Shown here: one piece after another, positions 31,555 through 44,900 of the stretch
How positions within the stretch are numbered: the first letter of the stretch is position 1
Layout of the letters: every line of letters starts with the position of its first letter
NCBI GenBank assembly: GCA_020137815.1
Contig: CM035352.1
Location: 2,480,001-2,544,000, forward strand
Length of the DNA: 64,000 nt
Direction of reading: 5' to 3'
DNA from: Hormiphora californensis
Taxonomy: Eukaryota > Animalia > Ctenophora
The notes under the pieces: model-generated
The model's input: only the letters and a program-made list of their open reading frames with translations
Told to the model about the DNA's origin: nothing
Databases searched by the model: none
Program-made: the position numbers and the translations under genes

Positions 31555-31811
31555 TTTGTGTGTGAGAGAGACTGCTACAGAGACAGATAGAGAGAGCCCC
31601 AACTCAAGTGAAGCGGCTGTCACGAACCCCGGTAGAGATGCCCGTTGTCATCAGTACATTCTCTGTGCTCTGATTGGTTGTTGACACATCACGTGACCAC
31701 CCCATACTGGATGGTGATTGGCTCCCTGCACAGTACCCCTCCAAAAGAATCGCGCTGAAAGATGCGAACTGTCATCGTGTTCTAAGCTCGGAGTAAGCGA
31801 CGGGTAATTGC

Positions 31812-31821
31812 CCATATATGG
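31812..31821 (+). promoter_or_regulatory. CArG box (SRF site) of the actin promoter, with an inverted CCAAT (~31868) and a TATA-like TATAA (~31898)
   Basis: CCATATATGG is a perfect CC(A/T)6GG about 170 bp upstream of the actin ATG. Confidence 0.8.
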
Positions 31822-31983
31822 TCACGGAGGGCCGTATCCCGGGGAAATGGCCTTGGCGAGGGCTCTGATTGGCTGTCAGTGTAAAGTGTGAAGAGGGTAT
31901 AAGGGCTGGAGTTTTGTAACCAACTAGCTCATACCCCAATTGCTAACTTTAACTGCTCCACACTCAACTAACTCTCTTGAATC

Positions 31984-33641
<1,658 letters not shown>

Positions 33642-33835
33642 ATGCCACAGAACTGTGTGTGTGAAATATGTGTGTGTGTGTGTGCTCCGTGTGAGAGATA
33701 TGTGATTCCATCCCCCTTGCTAGCAAGGAAACGGCCGAATTCTCAAGGAAGGAAAAGAAATGTATTTGTATTAATTTGTAGATTTACTAAATTTTGTACA
33801 AAGCTTTGCAAAACAGTTTGTTATACTTTTCTATC

Positions 33836-33969
33836 CTACCTAGCTCCATTGGATTTCGGAGCTTTACTTCAATTTGAAGTAAAGCTCCGAGTAAAGGTAT
33901 CTTTGCATATAATCTAAATCATATAATAGAAAAAACGTTAGTTACCCTGATACCAATGGAGCTAGGTAG
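33836..33969. repeat. Nested palindrome/MITE downstream of actin
   Basis: Outer arms CTACCTAGCTCCATTGG ... CCAATGGAGCTAGGTAG enclose the inner hairpin TCGGAGCTTTACTTCAA-T-TTGAAGTAAAGCTCCGA. Confidence 0.65.
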
Positions 33970-34703
33970 TGTTTTGAAACAGTCACGGTCTTTAGGGAAT
34001 CTGAGATACTGAGCTACCCCCTCCCCTCATCTTGGTCTTTTCTAATAGTAATAGTGTTTCATGCAAGCCATGATGGAAAATGATAGGGGAGACCCCAGTA
34101 ACTCAGTCTTACATACACGAGACCCAGTGGCACGTTTGTTGGTACTTAGTAACGAACACGGAAGCTTCGGATGCGAGAAGCATTGCCGTCCTGTGTACCG
34201 TGCAGGATCTTGAAGTGTCCCTGACGTGGTGGAGGGATTTTGGAAGAAGTTCAATGTTGTTGCTGTCCAAATTATTCCCACGCTTTGCGCGCATACCTCT
34301 ACATCTGAAACGTTTGGTTACCGCGCGTGCACAACCTGCGACAGTTGTTATTTATAAACTGCATCTAAAATAGTTCTGCAGTGGAGTGAGAGTGCTTAAC
34401 TGTTGTTGTGCCTGTTTTAGACATTGGATACAGTATACAAGTTACAAAGAGACGACAGAAGCAAGGTTAGGGCGTGTAAAAACTAAATTGTAAAACTAAA
34501 ACACTCGGATATTCTGCTGAGATAATGATTACACATTGCCTTAGATCGATCAATTGCAAAATCTCACGTATTCACAATTCAATAGACAAACAAATATCCG
34601 TCAAAATTTTAGTTACACCTTCATATTACAACTATTTACAAGAATACAGGTTATTTACAAATTAAACTCCCTAACTACCTAATATAAGTAAGTCTAAAAC
34701 TCT

Positions 34704-36654
34704 TCAGTCCCTCAACCCCATTTTTGTTACAATTTTCTGTGCGTTGCTCATCACGATCATGCTAGTTCCATTGGCCAAGAAGCTCCTTAACGTACCTGGC
34801 CCAATGCCCCTGTAAAGTCCAAAAAATCCTCTTTCACGAACCGTCAGCATTATCCTCTGAGCCAATGGTGTATCCCTGAAAAAACGTGCATAATACTTTG
34901 GAGCATGATTTGTTACACAACTTGGTGACATGGACCAATTACACAACAATGCATGATAGTGCCATGATTGTACCTTAATGATTAATACTGAATTTTAATG
35001 GGTCAACGGAGTGACATGACAAGCGTCAAGAGACTGATATGAAGGTTGTACGCCGTGTAGAAGCTGTTATGAACTAGATAATAAAGTGAATTGCACCTCT
35101 CTCACAGTCTCACAAATAGTGAGCATTGTCTACTCACTTTCCATAGTTTCCTTGGACCTGGCTCTTCATATTTTCCAACGGCCACACCATCCACCAGGCC
35201 ATAGTGGCGGCTGTTCCTGACAAGAGAAAGGGTCCCAGGACGGGGGAGGAGAAGAATTGGGGAATGTTACGTCGAAATGAGTCTATCAGAATGAAATAGA
35301 TTCCCATCAGTCCCACAGTTCTCAGCCATGTTACACTGAACCCCTGTGAGATATGTGTTATTAGGGCCATGGGAGAAAGAAAGAGAGGGTGGGGACAGAG
35401 CGAGTTTGTTAGCTGCTGTGATAAGCTTACATGTGAGTGCAATGGGATAATGGGATAATGGGATATTGGGACACATTCATCTCAGGAGTTCACGCAATTA
35501 TATAGTACATATTATAAAACGGTACCTTATACAGTCCTCGGATTTCGTAACTTTGACCTGTCTGTCGTCGGATCTGGGGAGAAGTTTATCAAAAACATGT
35601 CAGTCAAGTAGCTTCGCATGTATTAACTTTGCATCACAAGGTTGTTCTAATTACCTTTGCCAGTTCCAGAGGTGACTCAATAATGGCACGGGCCGTTGAA
35701 GCACATACCCCAGCTAACAACACTCTCCTGTTGAAATATGAAATTAATTGAAACCACCAACAATCAACATCACTTCCACAACACCTCCCATGATACTTCT
35801 AACTCATTACTCACGGTTGAAGTCCGAAGGTTCCAGGGATCTCAGTTTTCAATGTCTCATGTCTATCACAATACGTGTACGCGGCTTCAAACACTGCAAA
35901 CTGTGTTGATCGGAATATCCCTGAACCCCAGAGCGGTGGTACACAGCCCCTGGAGAGACAAAGGGTTGGTTTGAAGTTGTTACTTGTTATGTGGTTTGTA
36001 TACATGATAGCAGCTAATAAAACAACTACTAATAAGACGTTGAGTACCCCCGTCATGTGATATACTGGAAAGTGGGAGAGAATCAAGAGCAAGGAAGACA
36101 TCACGAATAAGGCGTGTACGTACCTATATAGCCCGATGAGTCCTTGTGTTCGGAGTGTTTTAGACAGCGTCCCTACCATCGTGGTCCTCTCAAAGCCACG
36201 TTGGGCCTGCATTTTAGTTTTGATGGTATCCAGCGGGTGTCCTACCATAACACTCGTGGTACCATATAGAACACCGACTGAGAAAAAATGAGGTATAGGT
36301 AAGTTATAACAACAGTGTAACACTTTGGAATCATTGATAATACTTGCTCGATGTGTAATTCGTGAAACTCTTGTTATATGTTATCATGTTCTAACCCTCC
36401 TTTACATTTGTAAGGGGCGCACGAAACACAGTCTAGCTAGGCAATGAAGCTCATCATACTGCATAGTCTAGTCTCCAAGCCCATTTGGGGACTGGGAACT
36501 GCGTGTGATTCACCAATAAACTTTCTATCACTTCCACACTAATTAGTAATTACCTAAGGTCTTTCTAAGTTTGATTTGCCTTGGATATTATTATACCTGT
36601 TAAACCAATGGCTCCCTCTTTCAACCATCCTGCTCGCGTTTCATTATGGGTCAT
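34704..36654 (-). CDS. Mitochondrial carrier (SLC25 family; carnitine/ornithine-carrier-like), multi-exon
   Basis: Starts MTHNETRAGWLKEGAIGLT|VGVLYG. Carrier signatures GHPLDTIKTKMQ, GLIGLYRG, WPLENMKSQVQ and GFFGLYRGIGPGTLRSFLANG. Confidence 0.9.
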
Positions 36655-37820
36655 TTTACTTTCGTTTCTTCATAGATAATGCTAGCAGCTAGGTAATGTC
36701 AAAAGTGAGAGTGGACAGAAAATAATTGGAGCATTTTTTTCTTTTTTCCAGTTTTTCTCCGCTCTCAAAAGACCAAATATTTTTTGTTACCGAAGTTGAT
36801 TTTTTTTAAATATGTCCGCCCAGTGTCCGCCTAGTGCCCACCCTCGATTTTTTATTTTTTATTTGGCACAATTTATCTGAGATATATCCGGTTCTTGGTT
36901 AGATAGGGGCTTAAAATTTGGAGGTTAAGAAGAACTCGATACATTCTTTTTGACCTACAAATTTGAAGTCTCTATCTTATCAGGGACTGAAGCTATGACC
37001 TGTTATGCAAAAAAGGGGGCAAAAAGTTTTAAAATCCGACTTTTTATGAGTCAAATTTTCTGGGCGCCGTTACGATCTGGGTGTTTGGAGGCCTGTTTAC
37101 AGGTGCGCGCTGCCAAAAAAGTTGATTCACTAAAATGGCTCTAACCGCCAAACCACTCAACCGTTTTGGCTGATTCAAAGTTTATCTGGTAGGGAATGTC
37201 AAGGCCTAACCCCAACCCAAACCCCAACCCTAACCCTAACCATACTTTAGCCCTAACCCTAAAAAACCGTTTGTCAGCACTCCCAAAACACCCAGATTTT
37301 AACGCTGGCCAAATTTTCTCTCTTATCTGTTTAAAAAAAGGTAAGGTCCTTAACGCGCGCGCAAAGCTCAGCCACGCGCAAAAAACGAAATAGAGACGCG
37401 CCGCGCTAAAGTGAGCCCTTAAAATAAAAAAATACAAAATCGGAAGCTCAAAACCCAGTGGGCCAGCGTTAAAATCTGGGTGTTTCGTGAGTGCTGACGG
37501 GCGCGATAAGGAACCATAATAAAGTTCAAGAGCCTCCAAGAGCGCACCCAATCCAAGAGAGACCAAAATCAAGAGCGCACCACAATCAAGAGAGACCAAA
37601 ATCAAGAGCACACCACAATCAAGAGAGACCAAAATCAAGAGCACACCACAATCAAGAGAGACCAAATCAAGAGCGCACTACAATCAAGAGAGGCCAAATT
37701 CAAGAGCGCACCACATCTGATATCTTCTGGACAGGGAGCTCTCTTGATTGTGGTGCGCTCTTGATTTGGTCTCTCTTGATTGTGGTGTGCTCTTGATTTG
37801 GTCTCTTTGGTCTCTTTGGT

Positions 37821-37854
37821 CTTTTCAACACTACTTTAAACAAATTAATTTGAG
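37821..37854 (+). other. Genomic copy of the ctenophore spliced leader exon at the 5' end of a retro-inserted transcript
   Basis: CTTTTCAACACTACTTTAAACAAATTAATTTGAG matches the Pleurobrachia SL as I recall it. It is followed by GC (no GT donor, so not an SL RNA gene), and an ATG lies 20 nt downstream. Confidence 0.8.
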
Positions 37855-37874
37855 GCGTGAGCCTCTAGGTAGTG

Positions 37875-38986
37875 ATGGGAACGAACGACAACGAGGGCGA
37901 TAACCCTACGAATGAACGATTGATAAAATCAGTGAATGACTATGTTTCGGAGATCATGAGATTGGAATACGCGGGAACCTCGGAAGAGATGAATGTTGAA
38001 CCTCAGCTGGTAACAGATAGCTACAACTTTTTCAAACATTTTCCTGAGTCAAAACTGACCCCTGATAGTGCTGGTACAGTTTATAAAGATATAAACACCT
38101 ATTTTAGACATTCTCTCAAGAACTTATCTAAAGAGGAAATAATTGACGCCACATGTAAAACGTTTTTGTCCAGTGAAACTTCTCAAATGTGCAATGCACA
38201 GCCTTGATGAGATTGTTAGTACGAGGAAACTCGAGGAGGAGTTACGAAAGTGCAAGGAAGAACTTGACCGCCACCGTGTCAATGTGATTGAGCTACAACA
38301 AACCGTTATTAACGCCCAAAAGGAGCAACTGAGTTCCGTAAAAACTTCAGTGCAGAAGGTGAAAGCCTACTCTACTGTACTGGCTCAAAACTGTGCCGCA
38401 GTCTCTCCGGTGGTGAGAAAGTCTTCTCAAGATCCTGCTTCCACACCATCGTCCGACAGGGAGAAAAACCTTGTTATTTTCGGTATACCAGAAACAACTG
38501 ACCGCCTGACTAGGAATAAAGTCCATTTTTTTTCAACTGTTCACCCAAAAACTGAAATTTAATAAAAATTAGAATTTCGGTGGCGCGCGCTATACGTTAA
38601 CATGTGATAAACGCGCAAAACAATTCCGCGCACGACTTTGGGGGGTGAACAGTTGAAAAAAAATGGAGTATAGTGTTGATGGTGTGTTTGCCGAGTTGAA
38701 CGAAAAACCAAAAGTTAACTCAATGAAACGTATCGGCGAGAGAAACGAGAAGGGCCCTCGGCCAATTTTGGTTTCTTTTGAAAGGCGAGCAACACTTTTG
38801 GCTCTGCTGAAAAAATCACGACAGCTCAAGAACTCGGAACATTTTTCAGCTGTTTACCTGTCACCTGATTTAACCCCGATTCAAATTAGAGAGCGAAAAA
38901 CTCTTATAAACACGATGAAAAAACTCCGCTTAGAAGACCCGAGTGGAAAGTACTATATTAAAAACAATATAATCCAAGTTGGATAA
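37875..38986 (+). pseudogene. LINE (CR1/L2-type) ORF1-like gene, intronless, disrupted by one frameshift (~38200) and a MITE
   Basis: A coiled coil is followed by REKNLVIFGIPE, KRIG...PRPILVSF and LKKSRQLK...VYLSPDLTPIQIRERK, which are typical ORF1 RRM/CTD motifs. Removing 38519-38670 plus one TA restores the frame (TRNSVDGVFAEL). Confidence 0.8.
38519..38670. mobile_element. 152-bp MITE with TA target-site duplication inside the ORF1-like gene
   Basis: TIRs TCCATTTTTTTTCAACTGTTCACCC / GGGTGAACAGTTGAAAAAAAATGGA, with TA at 38517-38518 and 38671-38672. Confidence 0.85.
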
Positions 38987-39198
38987 TATTTTTCTTATAC
39001 ACTGTTACTCTAGTTTAGTAAGCCCGCTTTAGGTAACTGCTGAAGCCTGTTGGCCTTTCAGCCTAAAAGCATACATATAATTTTATATGTATGTAAGTGT
39101 AAGAGCGGGTAGGGTCGTATATATTTTTAATCTATATTGACTCTGTTATAAATGTTGTAATTGATATTGATATTGATATTGGTGTGCTCTTCGCGGGC

Positions 39199-39517
39199 CA
39201 GGGCTGGCTCCAGCCCGATATTTCTGGGGGGGGGGGGGGGGTCCAGGGGGCGACGCCCCCGGAAATTTTTTAACTAAATCAAGCAAATTTTAGGGTTTTT
39301 AATCATTTGTGACGTCTACTTTCTAGATTTTTGAATGCCACAATGCTCTCTCTCTCTCTCTCAGTGATGTTCACTAGGTGATTTAAATTCGGTTGTGATC
39401 AGTCAAAAATTTTACTGAAAATTTTGTATTTTTGGGGTGGTTTCCCAATCCAAATGGTCTCAAGAATTTTTGGGGGGGGTGTGCACCCCCCCGCATCACC
39501 CCCCTGGAGCCAGCTTC
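39199..39517. mobile_element. MITE with GCTGGCTCCAG...CTGGAGCCAGC inverted ends
   Basis: Inverted termini and G/C-tract subterminal regions, flanked by similar CGCGG(G)CC sequences. Confidence 0.55.
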
Positions 39518-40227
39518 GCGCGGCCAGTGTAGGAGTGGCCGCGTCACCAAGGTGTGCTCTTGATTTTGGTCTCTCTTGATTGTGGTGTGCTCTTGATTTT
39601 GGTCTCTCTTGATTGTGGTGCGCTCTTGATTTTGGTCTCTCTTGGATGGGGTGCGCTCTTGGAGGCTCTTGAACTTTATTATGGTTCCTTATTATAATCT
39701 GGGTGCCTTGCGGCCTGTTTACAGGTGCACGCTACCAAAAGAGTACACTTAGACCGACTTTTTTGAAAAAAGTTTTTTTCAAACGGCTATAGCCACGCAA
39801 CCACATGTCCAATTTGAGTAAACTAAACGGTAACTGATAGAGAATCGATAGCCCTAACCGATAACCCCAAACCAAACCCTAACCAGACCCTAACGGATAG
39901 CCCTAACCCGTCACGCGCGCTAAAACAACGAATTGTTAGCAATGAAAGGCACCCAGATTTTAACGTTTTCCAAATTCCAGTGCTGACAAACGGTTTTTTA
40001 GGGTTAGGGCAAAAGTAGGGTTATGGTTAGGGTTGGGGTTTGAGTTGGGGTTAGGCCTTTCCTACCAGATAGACTTTGAATTAGCCAAAACGGTTGAGTG
40101 GTTTGGCGGTTGGAGCCATTTTACTTTTTAGTGAATCATTTTTTTGGCAGCGCGCACCTGTAAACAAGCCACCAAACACCCAGATCGTAACGGTGCCCCA
40201 AAACCCAGTCGTTTTTCTTTTTGTTTT

Positions 40228-40453
40228 TAAAGTCGGATTTTTTGAAACTGTCACCCCCCTGAGTTTTCAAATTTCTTTAAATGACCATAAGTCCGGTTCC
40301 TTGATGAGATAGAGACTTGAAATTTGGAGGTTATAAAGATCTTGCTAAGTTCTTCCGAACCTCCAAATTTCAAGTCTCTATCTTATCAGGAACCGGAGAT
40401 ATGACAAATTTGTTATTTCAGGGGGGTGACAGTTTCAAAAAATCCGACTTTAC
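40228..40453. mobile_element. Palindromic MITE (AAAGTCGGATTTTTTGAAACTGTCACCCCCC family)
   Basis: ~30-bp TIRs with an inverted interior. The same TIR family recurs at 63585-63803 with a different interior. Confidence 0.8.
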
Positions 40454-41436
40454 TTTGTTGAGAGGGATCCCTAAAAAAGTCCAGTATTTACACCAGTTAA
40501 GCCATTACGGTTTTAAGTTTTTCCCACGGTAGCGTGGGAAGAAAAATTTCGAAATCTGTGCTGTGATTGGCTTAAAATTTCCATCATCAGAAATTTCAGC
40601 CAATCACAGCGCACTGGTGTAAACGCTGTGTAAAAACTCTGAAAGTTTTCTATTCCCGCCCTCCTTATCGTGAAAACCACCACTTTAGGAAGTGTGTGTG
40701 TTCGTATAGCGTTGGATATCAATACGGACACCGAATTATTTACACTAGAAAGTGGTATATTAAATGCATATATTACAAAACAGAACAAATTGAGAAGCAA
40801 AATCAAACCTGAAATTCTCACACCCTGCACCGACTCCAAGAGTTCCAATATTACAATTTCCACAGATAAAGTTTTAACAATCACATTGCGTGTAGTGGGT
40901 GGCCTCCAAATATGTCAAAATATATTTAAATTATCATTTGGGGTCATTTAGACACTTTAATTACATGTAATTACCCTTTAATTACATTTGATCACATTTT
41001 GATTACATTTAATTACTTCCAATTACATTCCAATTACTTCAGGACCTCGAGAGCTTTCGAACACACCCTAGAACACCTTTCTACTCCTCTTAGTTCCTGA
41101 GATCTGCATACCCCTTATTTTGACTGTTTCTCGCGTCCTACCCCTTATACCATCGCTGCACCCCCTATAAGTCGCGGGACCCCGAGAGCTTTCAAAAATG
41201 TACACTTGCCTCTCCCGGGTTCGATCCTGGCCTAGTCCTAGTCGTCTAGTCCACCAAGCTACGATTGGCAGGAGCTCTCTTGAGAGAGACTCCAAAGTGA
41301 CACGATTGCATACACTAGAATACAATCTGATTGTTGTTACACTTGTTTTCATGGGTCCGACTATATTTTATTCGCACACTCTCTGCTCTAGAAAGTTATA
41401 CTATCACCTACCACCTTTTTAGAAAGTGATGAGATA

Positions 41437-41724
41437 ATGTCCGTGTTTCACAGTACCCAACCGATGCTATGTGATGAGGCCTGGTTCAACACTGTCTCTA
41501 TCTATGACGATGAAGCCTACATTGAGGCACTAGAGGCCCAGGCTCTAAACTGGAAGGTCCAATATGAAACGTGCGGTTCGGCGGTGCTACCCATTGGAAA
41601 ATCGTCAGAACACGAGGGATCCCAGGAGGATGAGGAAGTGATACAGGAGGAGATGGGTAGTGATTCAGAGTTTGATGACGCATCACCCGAACTAGTTCAA
41701 CAATCAATAGACATGACTTTCTGA
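41437..41724 (+). CDS. ANAPC15: Anaphase-promoting complex subunit 15-like
   Basis: 95 aa with the APC15 pattern: MS.F.S..P...E.WFN, a helical E/Q segment with W, LPIGK.SEH, then an acidic tail. Confidence 0.8.
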   Translation: MSVFHSTQPMLCDEAWFNTVSIYDDEAYIEALEAQALNWKVQYETCGSAVLPIGKSSEHEGSQEDEEVIQEEMGSDSEFDDASPELVQQSIDMTF

Positions 41725-41962
41725 ATAAACTTGTGACTCGATATTATATATTGTTGTTAATATGTTAACTTGTTGGTCAGTTACTCAATTGATAGCCATA
41801 ACAACAATTACTTGGTAACCCATAACCCCTCATAGGATCCTCAGTATCCCTAGGTACGGTGTAACACCCCCTCTCTTACTACTAACCCTCTATATTGTAT
41901 AGCATCTGTAACACCCCCTCTCTCACTGCTAACCCTTTATATTTTATAGCATCTGTAACAAA

Positions 41963-44900
41963 ATGAGTAACCAGTGTCTAAGACCCCCGTCAATTATGAA
42001 GTTAAAAAGGAAAAAGTTTGCCAAGAGAGAAGAAGCAGCTTCCCCTTATTTGAAAGAGACAACCAAACCTATTAACAAAAAACCGGTGGGTACTATTTGT
42101 TTCTCCATTTTCAAAATCTATGAATTTTATTTCACTCTTTGGATATCTAACGTTCAAATATGTTTCAGAGTTCTAGTACTAAATCGACAGTAAATCCGTT
42201 TAAGAGCAAATCACAGAATTTATTTGATCTTAAGACAAGATCAAAATCTGAAGCCGACCGAGGCCTTTATGACCAGCTTAGCAAGCCTTCATTCCAGAAA
42301 ACTGTGAGTAATCCTAACTCGAATGATTTGAAGTTGGTTAAACAAGTTACAAGATATAGTATTTTATACCTCTCTATTTTCAGAAAAGTCTAGATTTAGG
42401 ATACGTTCTTCCTACTGAAGTTTCAACAAAAAACCAGGTAAGAGAGGTCAGCGATGTAATTCAGTTCTATAACCAATAATGGTCTGGTAATAGTTCATTA
42501 TTACAACTGTTTCAGGATGCAGTGAAAGAGAGGGAGCGTTTAACAACACTCCCCCTCGATTGGTCATTGAAAACAGAATACAGGATCACCAGTAATAGTC
42601 CCTTTAAATGGTGTACTGGCATGAAGGCTGCAGACGAGGCTGATGTTACTAATACCTTCTCTTCCTCTCACCTCACTTCAGAGGTTTGTAACCGGCCTTT
42701 ATGTCCATTTCTTCTCGTTTTCTTGTGTTAGTTTTTAGAGTTAGATCCTACCTACCCCCTAATTAATCTTTCAATCCTGAATTGACCATGATATTTGTGT
42801 AATATAATATGATTCTTTTGTAGGAGAAACAAGCTAAGGTTAAATTACAGTGCAGTTTGTCTCATTGGATCTATCCTAACATACCCTGGCTCAAGGTCTT
42901 CCCCAGAGACATATCAAGCGCCAGGTAGGGGAAGAATGAGACAGAGACAGGGACAGGGACAGGGACAGGAACAGGGACAGAGACAGAGACAGAGACAGAG
43001 ACAGAGACTGAGACATAGAAAGAGACTGAGACTGAGACTGAGACTGAGACTGAGACTGAGACTGAGACTGAGACTGAGACTGAGACTGAGACTGAGACTG
43101 AGACTGAGACTGAGACTGAGACTGAGACTGAGACTGGAGACTGATCATTAGTTTGGCAAACTACTAATATCTTCACTCTCCCTCATAGTAAATCAGACCA
43201 AACAACACTCAAACAAGATGCTGTATCTGCACTTCTACGTGATTGGTAAGTTCGCTGAGCTTGAAATTCCTTACCACTTACCTGGTTTCGGTCCCGATCC
43301 AAAGTTGAATGTTTCTCCATGTCTGTAAGGCGCGATGCAGGGCCAGTTAGAAGACTCGCGCGCAGGAGAGTTTCGCGCTCAACAAGACCAAACACAACTT
43401 CAGCACCATTCCAGGATCCCATCCTCTCTGTCTCCTTTATTCCCGGACACTGCAGCACCGGGTATCGTTTGGACCACCAGTAGAGAGGGATCCACTGTAG
43501 GCTTACCTTAACCTTAATCTTTCAGGGAGAGTTCATTTGAGAGTCTCTTTGGGATGCTGAAGTTTGGGAAATGTCCCTATTTCTACCTCTGTTCAAAGAA
43601 CACTACAGTTCTCTTCAGGACCAGAGAGGGCGGAGAGGATGGGATAGTACATCGGCTACAGGCTTATGTTGTACCCACTACCCTTGGAGTGAGAAACGCA
43701 TTGAAGCAAGAAGGTGCAAAACTTACCAGCTACCCCCTCTTCCCCTCCCCGTTCCCTCCAATAGATCTCCCCTCATATTTCTGAACTAAAGCAAAACATC
43801 GTGTGCTTTGAAACATTTTATCCACTAAATCAAAAGTGCTAATTACTTCCCCTTTTTAGATATCGAGTACACTATGCCGCTTGCTGAGAAGAATTGCGAA
43901 ACTGACATTGCAGGTTAGTGGTGGTTAATCTTACTACTTACTAGAGAGTGTGTGTGTGTGTGTGTGTGTGGCTCTAGGTTATAGCGTACCAAACTCTGCC
44001 GCACGACAGAACGGTGTTGCAACCTGTCATAAAGTCTGTGGTCTGTATGAAAGATAATAGCTAAAATATCACGCTCAAATTTACACCAATCAAACAAATT
44101 TCTCTGCTATTCTAACTGTTTGTGGTCTGTATTGGGGCACTCTCACGCAAGCTTTTTGTCTTGTCAGCTTCAGAGTCAGGAACAAGGTATCGTTTTCCTT
44201 GGAGAGAGTCTTGAGTATGGTTTGGTTTGGAATCACGATCGGTGTGGGCTGTGGATACCGTGTTTTGAATCTGAGGTGTACCATTGCCCATAGTTACCAG
44301 AGCAGGTTGCACGTGCAAGATGGTTCATCATGGAAACAAGCCCACAATTCTGCACGTGCATCTGTTTACCCTTTACGTTATGCTTTCGTTTAACTCCAAA
44401 TTGTTACTTGCAACTTGCACGGCTGGGGCAGCTGCCCTGGCTATATGGTGGGCCTACCGACGAGAGGATAAGGATGAGCCCAAGGATGACCAAACAGAAA
44501 ACGAGGTACCCAAGGAGATTATTGAGGAGACTGCTTTGGGAGAAGAAACAGTGGAGGTCAAAGAAGAAGTGACCGTGAATGAAGATGGAGTCAACATGTC
44601 AGGATCAGAAGGAGAAGCTGATGAGGATGTTGACATGTCAAGATCCGAAGAAGGAGAGGATGTTGGAGGCATGTCCCGAGGTCAAAGCATGCTATCCCTC
44701 TCCACTTCTACCACCCTGTGTAATAGCAGAGACAGGATGATGGGATCCATGGGCCTCATTATTGAGGAAGAAGAAGAAGAAGACTCGGATGAATATGAGG
44801 AAGGTGAAATCCTGGTGATTTCAGATAGTGAGGACTCTGAAGAGGAAGGAGAGGTTTCGGAGGCAGAGAGTGAAGGAGAGGTGAAGATAGAGGAGAACTC

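Larger units (their letters stand above)
37509..39689. mobile_element. Foldback-type MITE with tandemly repeated TIRs and TA flanks, split by two later insertions
   Basis: TA|AGGAACCATAATAAAGTTCAAGAGCCTCCAAGAGCGCACC ... GGTGCGCTCTTGGAGGCTCTTGAACTTTATTATGGTTCCT|TA. Internal ~33-bp units CAAGAGAGACCAAAATCAAGAGCGCACCACAAT occur in both orientations. Confidence 0.85.
36880..40453. mobile_element. Nested cluster of inverted-repeat elements forming a mirror structure
   Basis: 37141-37280 is an inverted copy of ~39979-40120, including CCCTAA-like tracts. 36880-37045 is related to the palindromic MITE at 40228-40453. Confidence 0.75.

Noticed and set aside
37205-37262. True telomere or chromosome fusion site
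   Set aside because: The CCCTAA tracts are short, degenerate and embedded in a repeat family present in both orientations.
37540-37800. Regular repeats resembling a CRISPR array
   Set aside because: There are no unique spacers and no cas genes. The units are mirrored as the TIRs of a foldback element in eukaryotic DNA.
37821-37900. SL RNA gene
   Set aside because: The leader is followed by GC and an ORF rather than a GT donor and an Sm-site-containing intron part.
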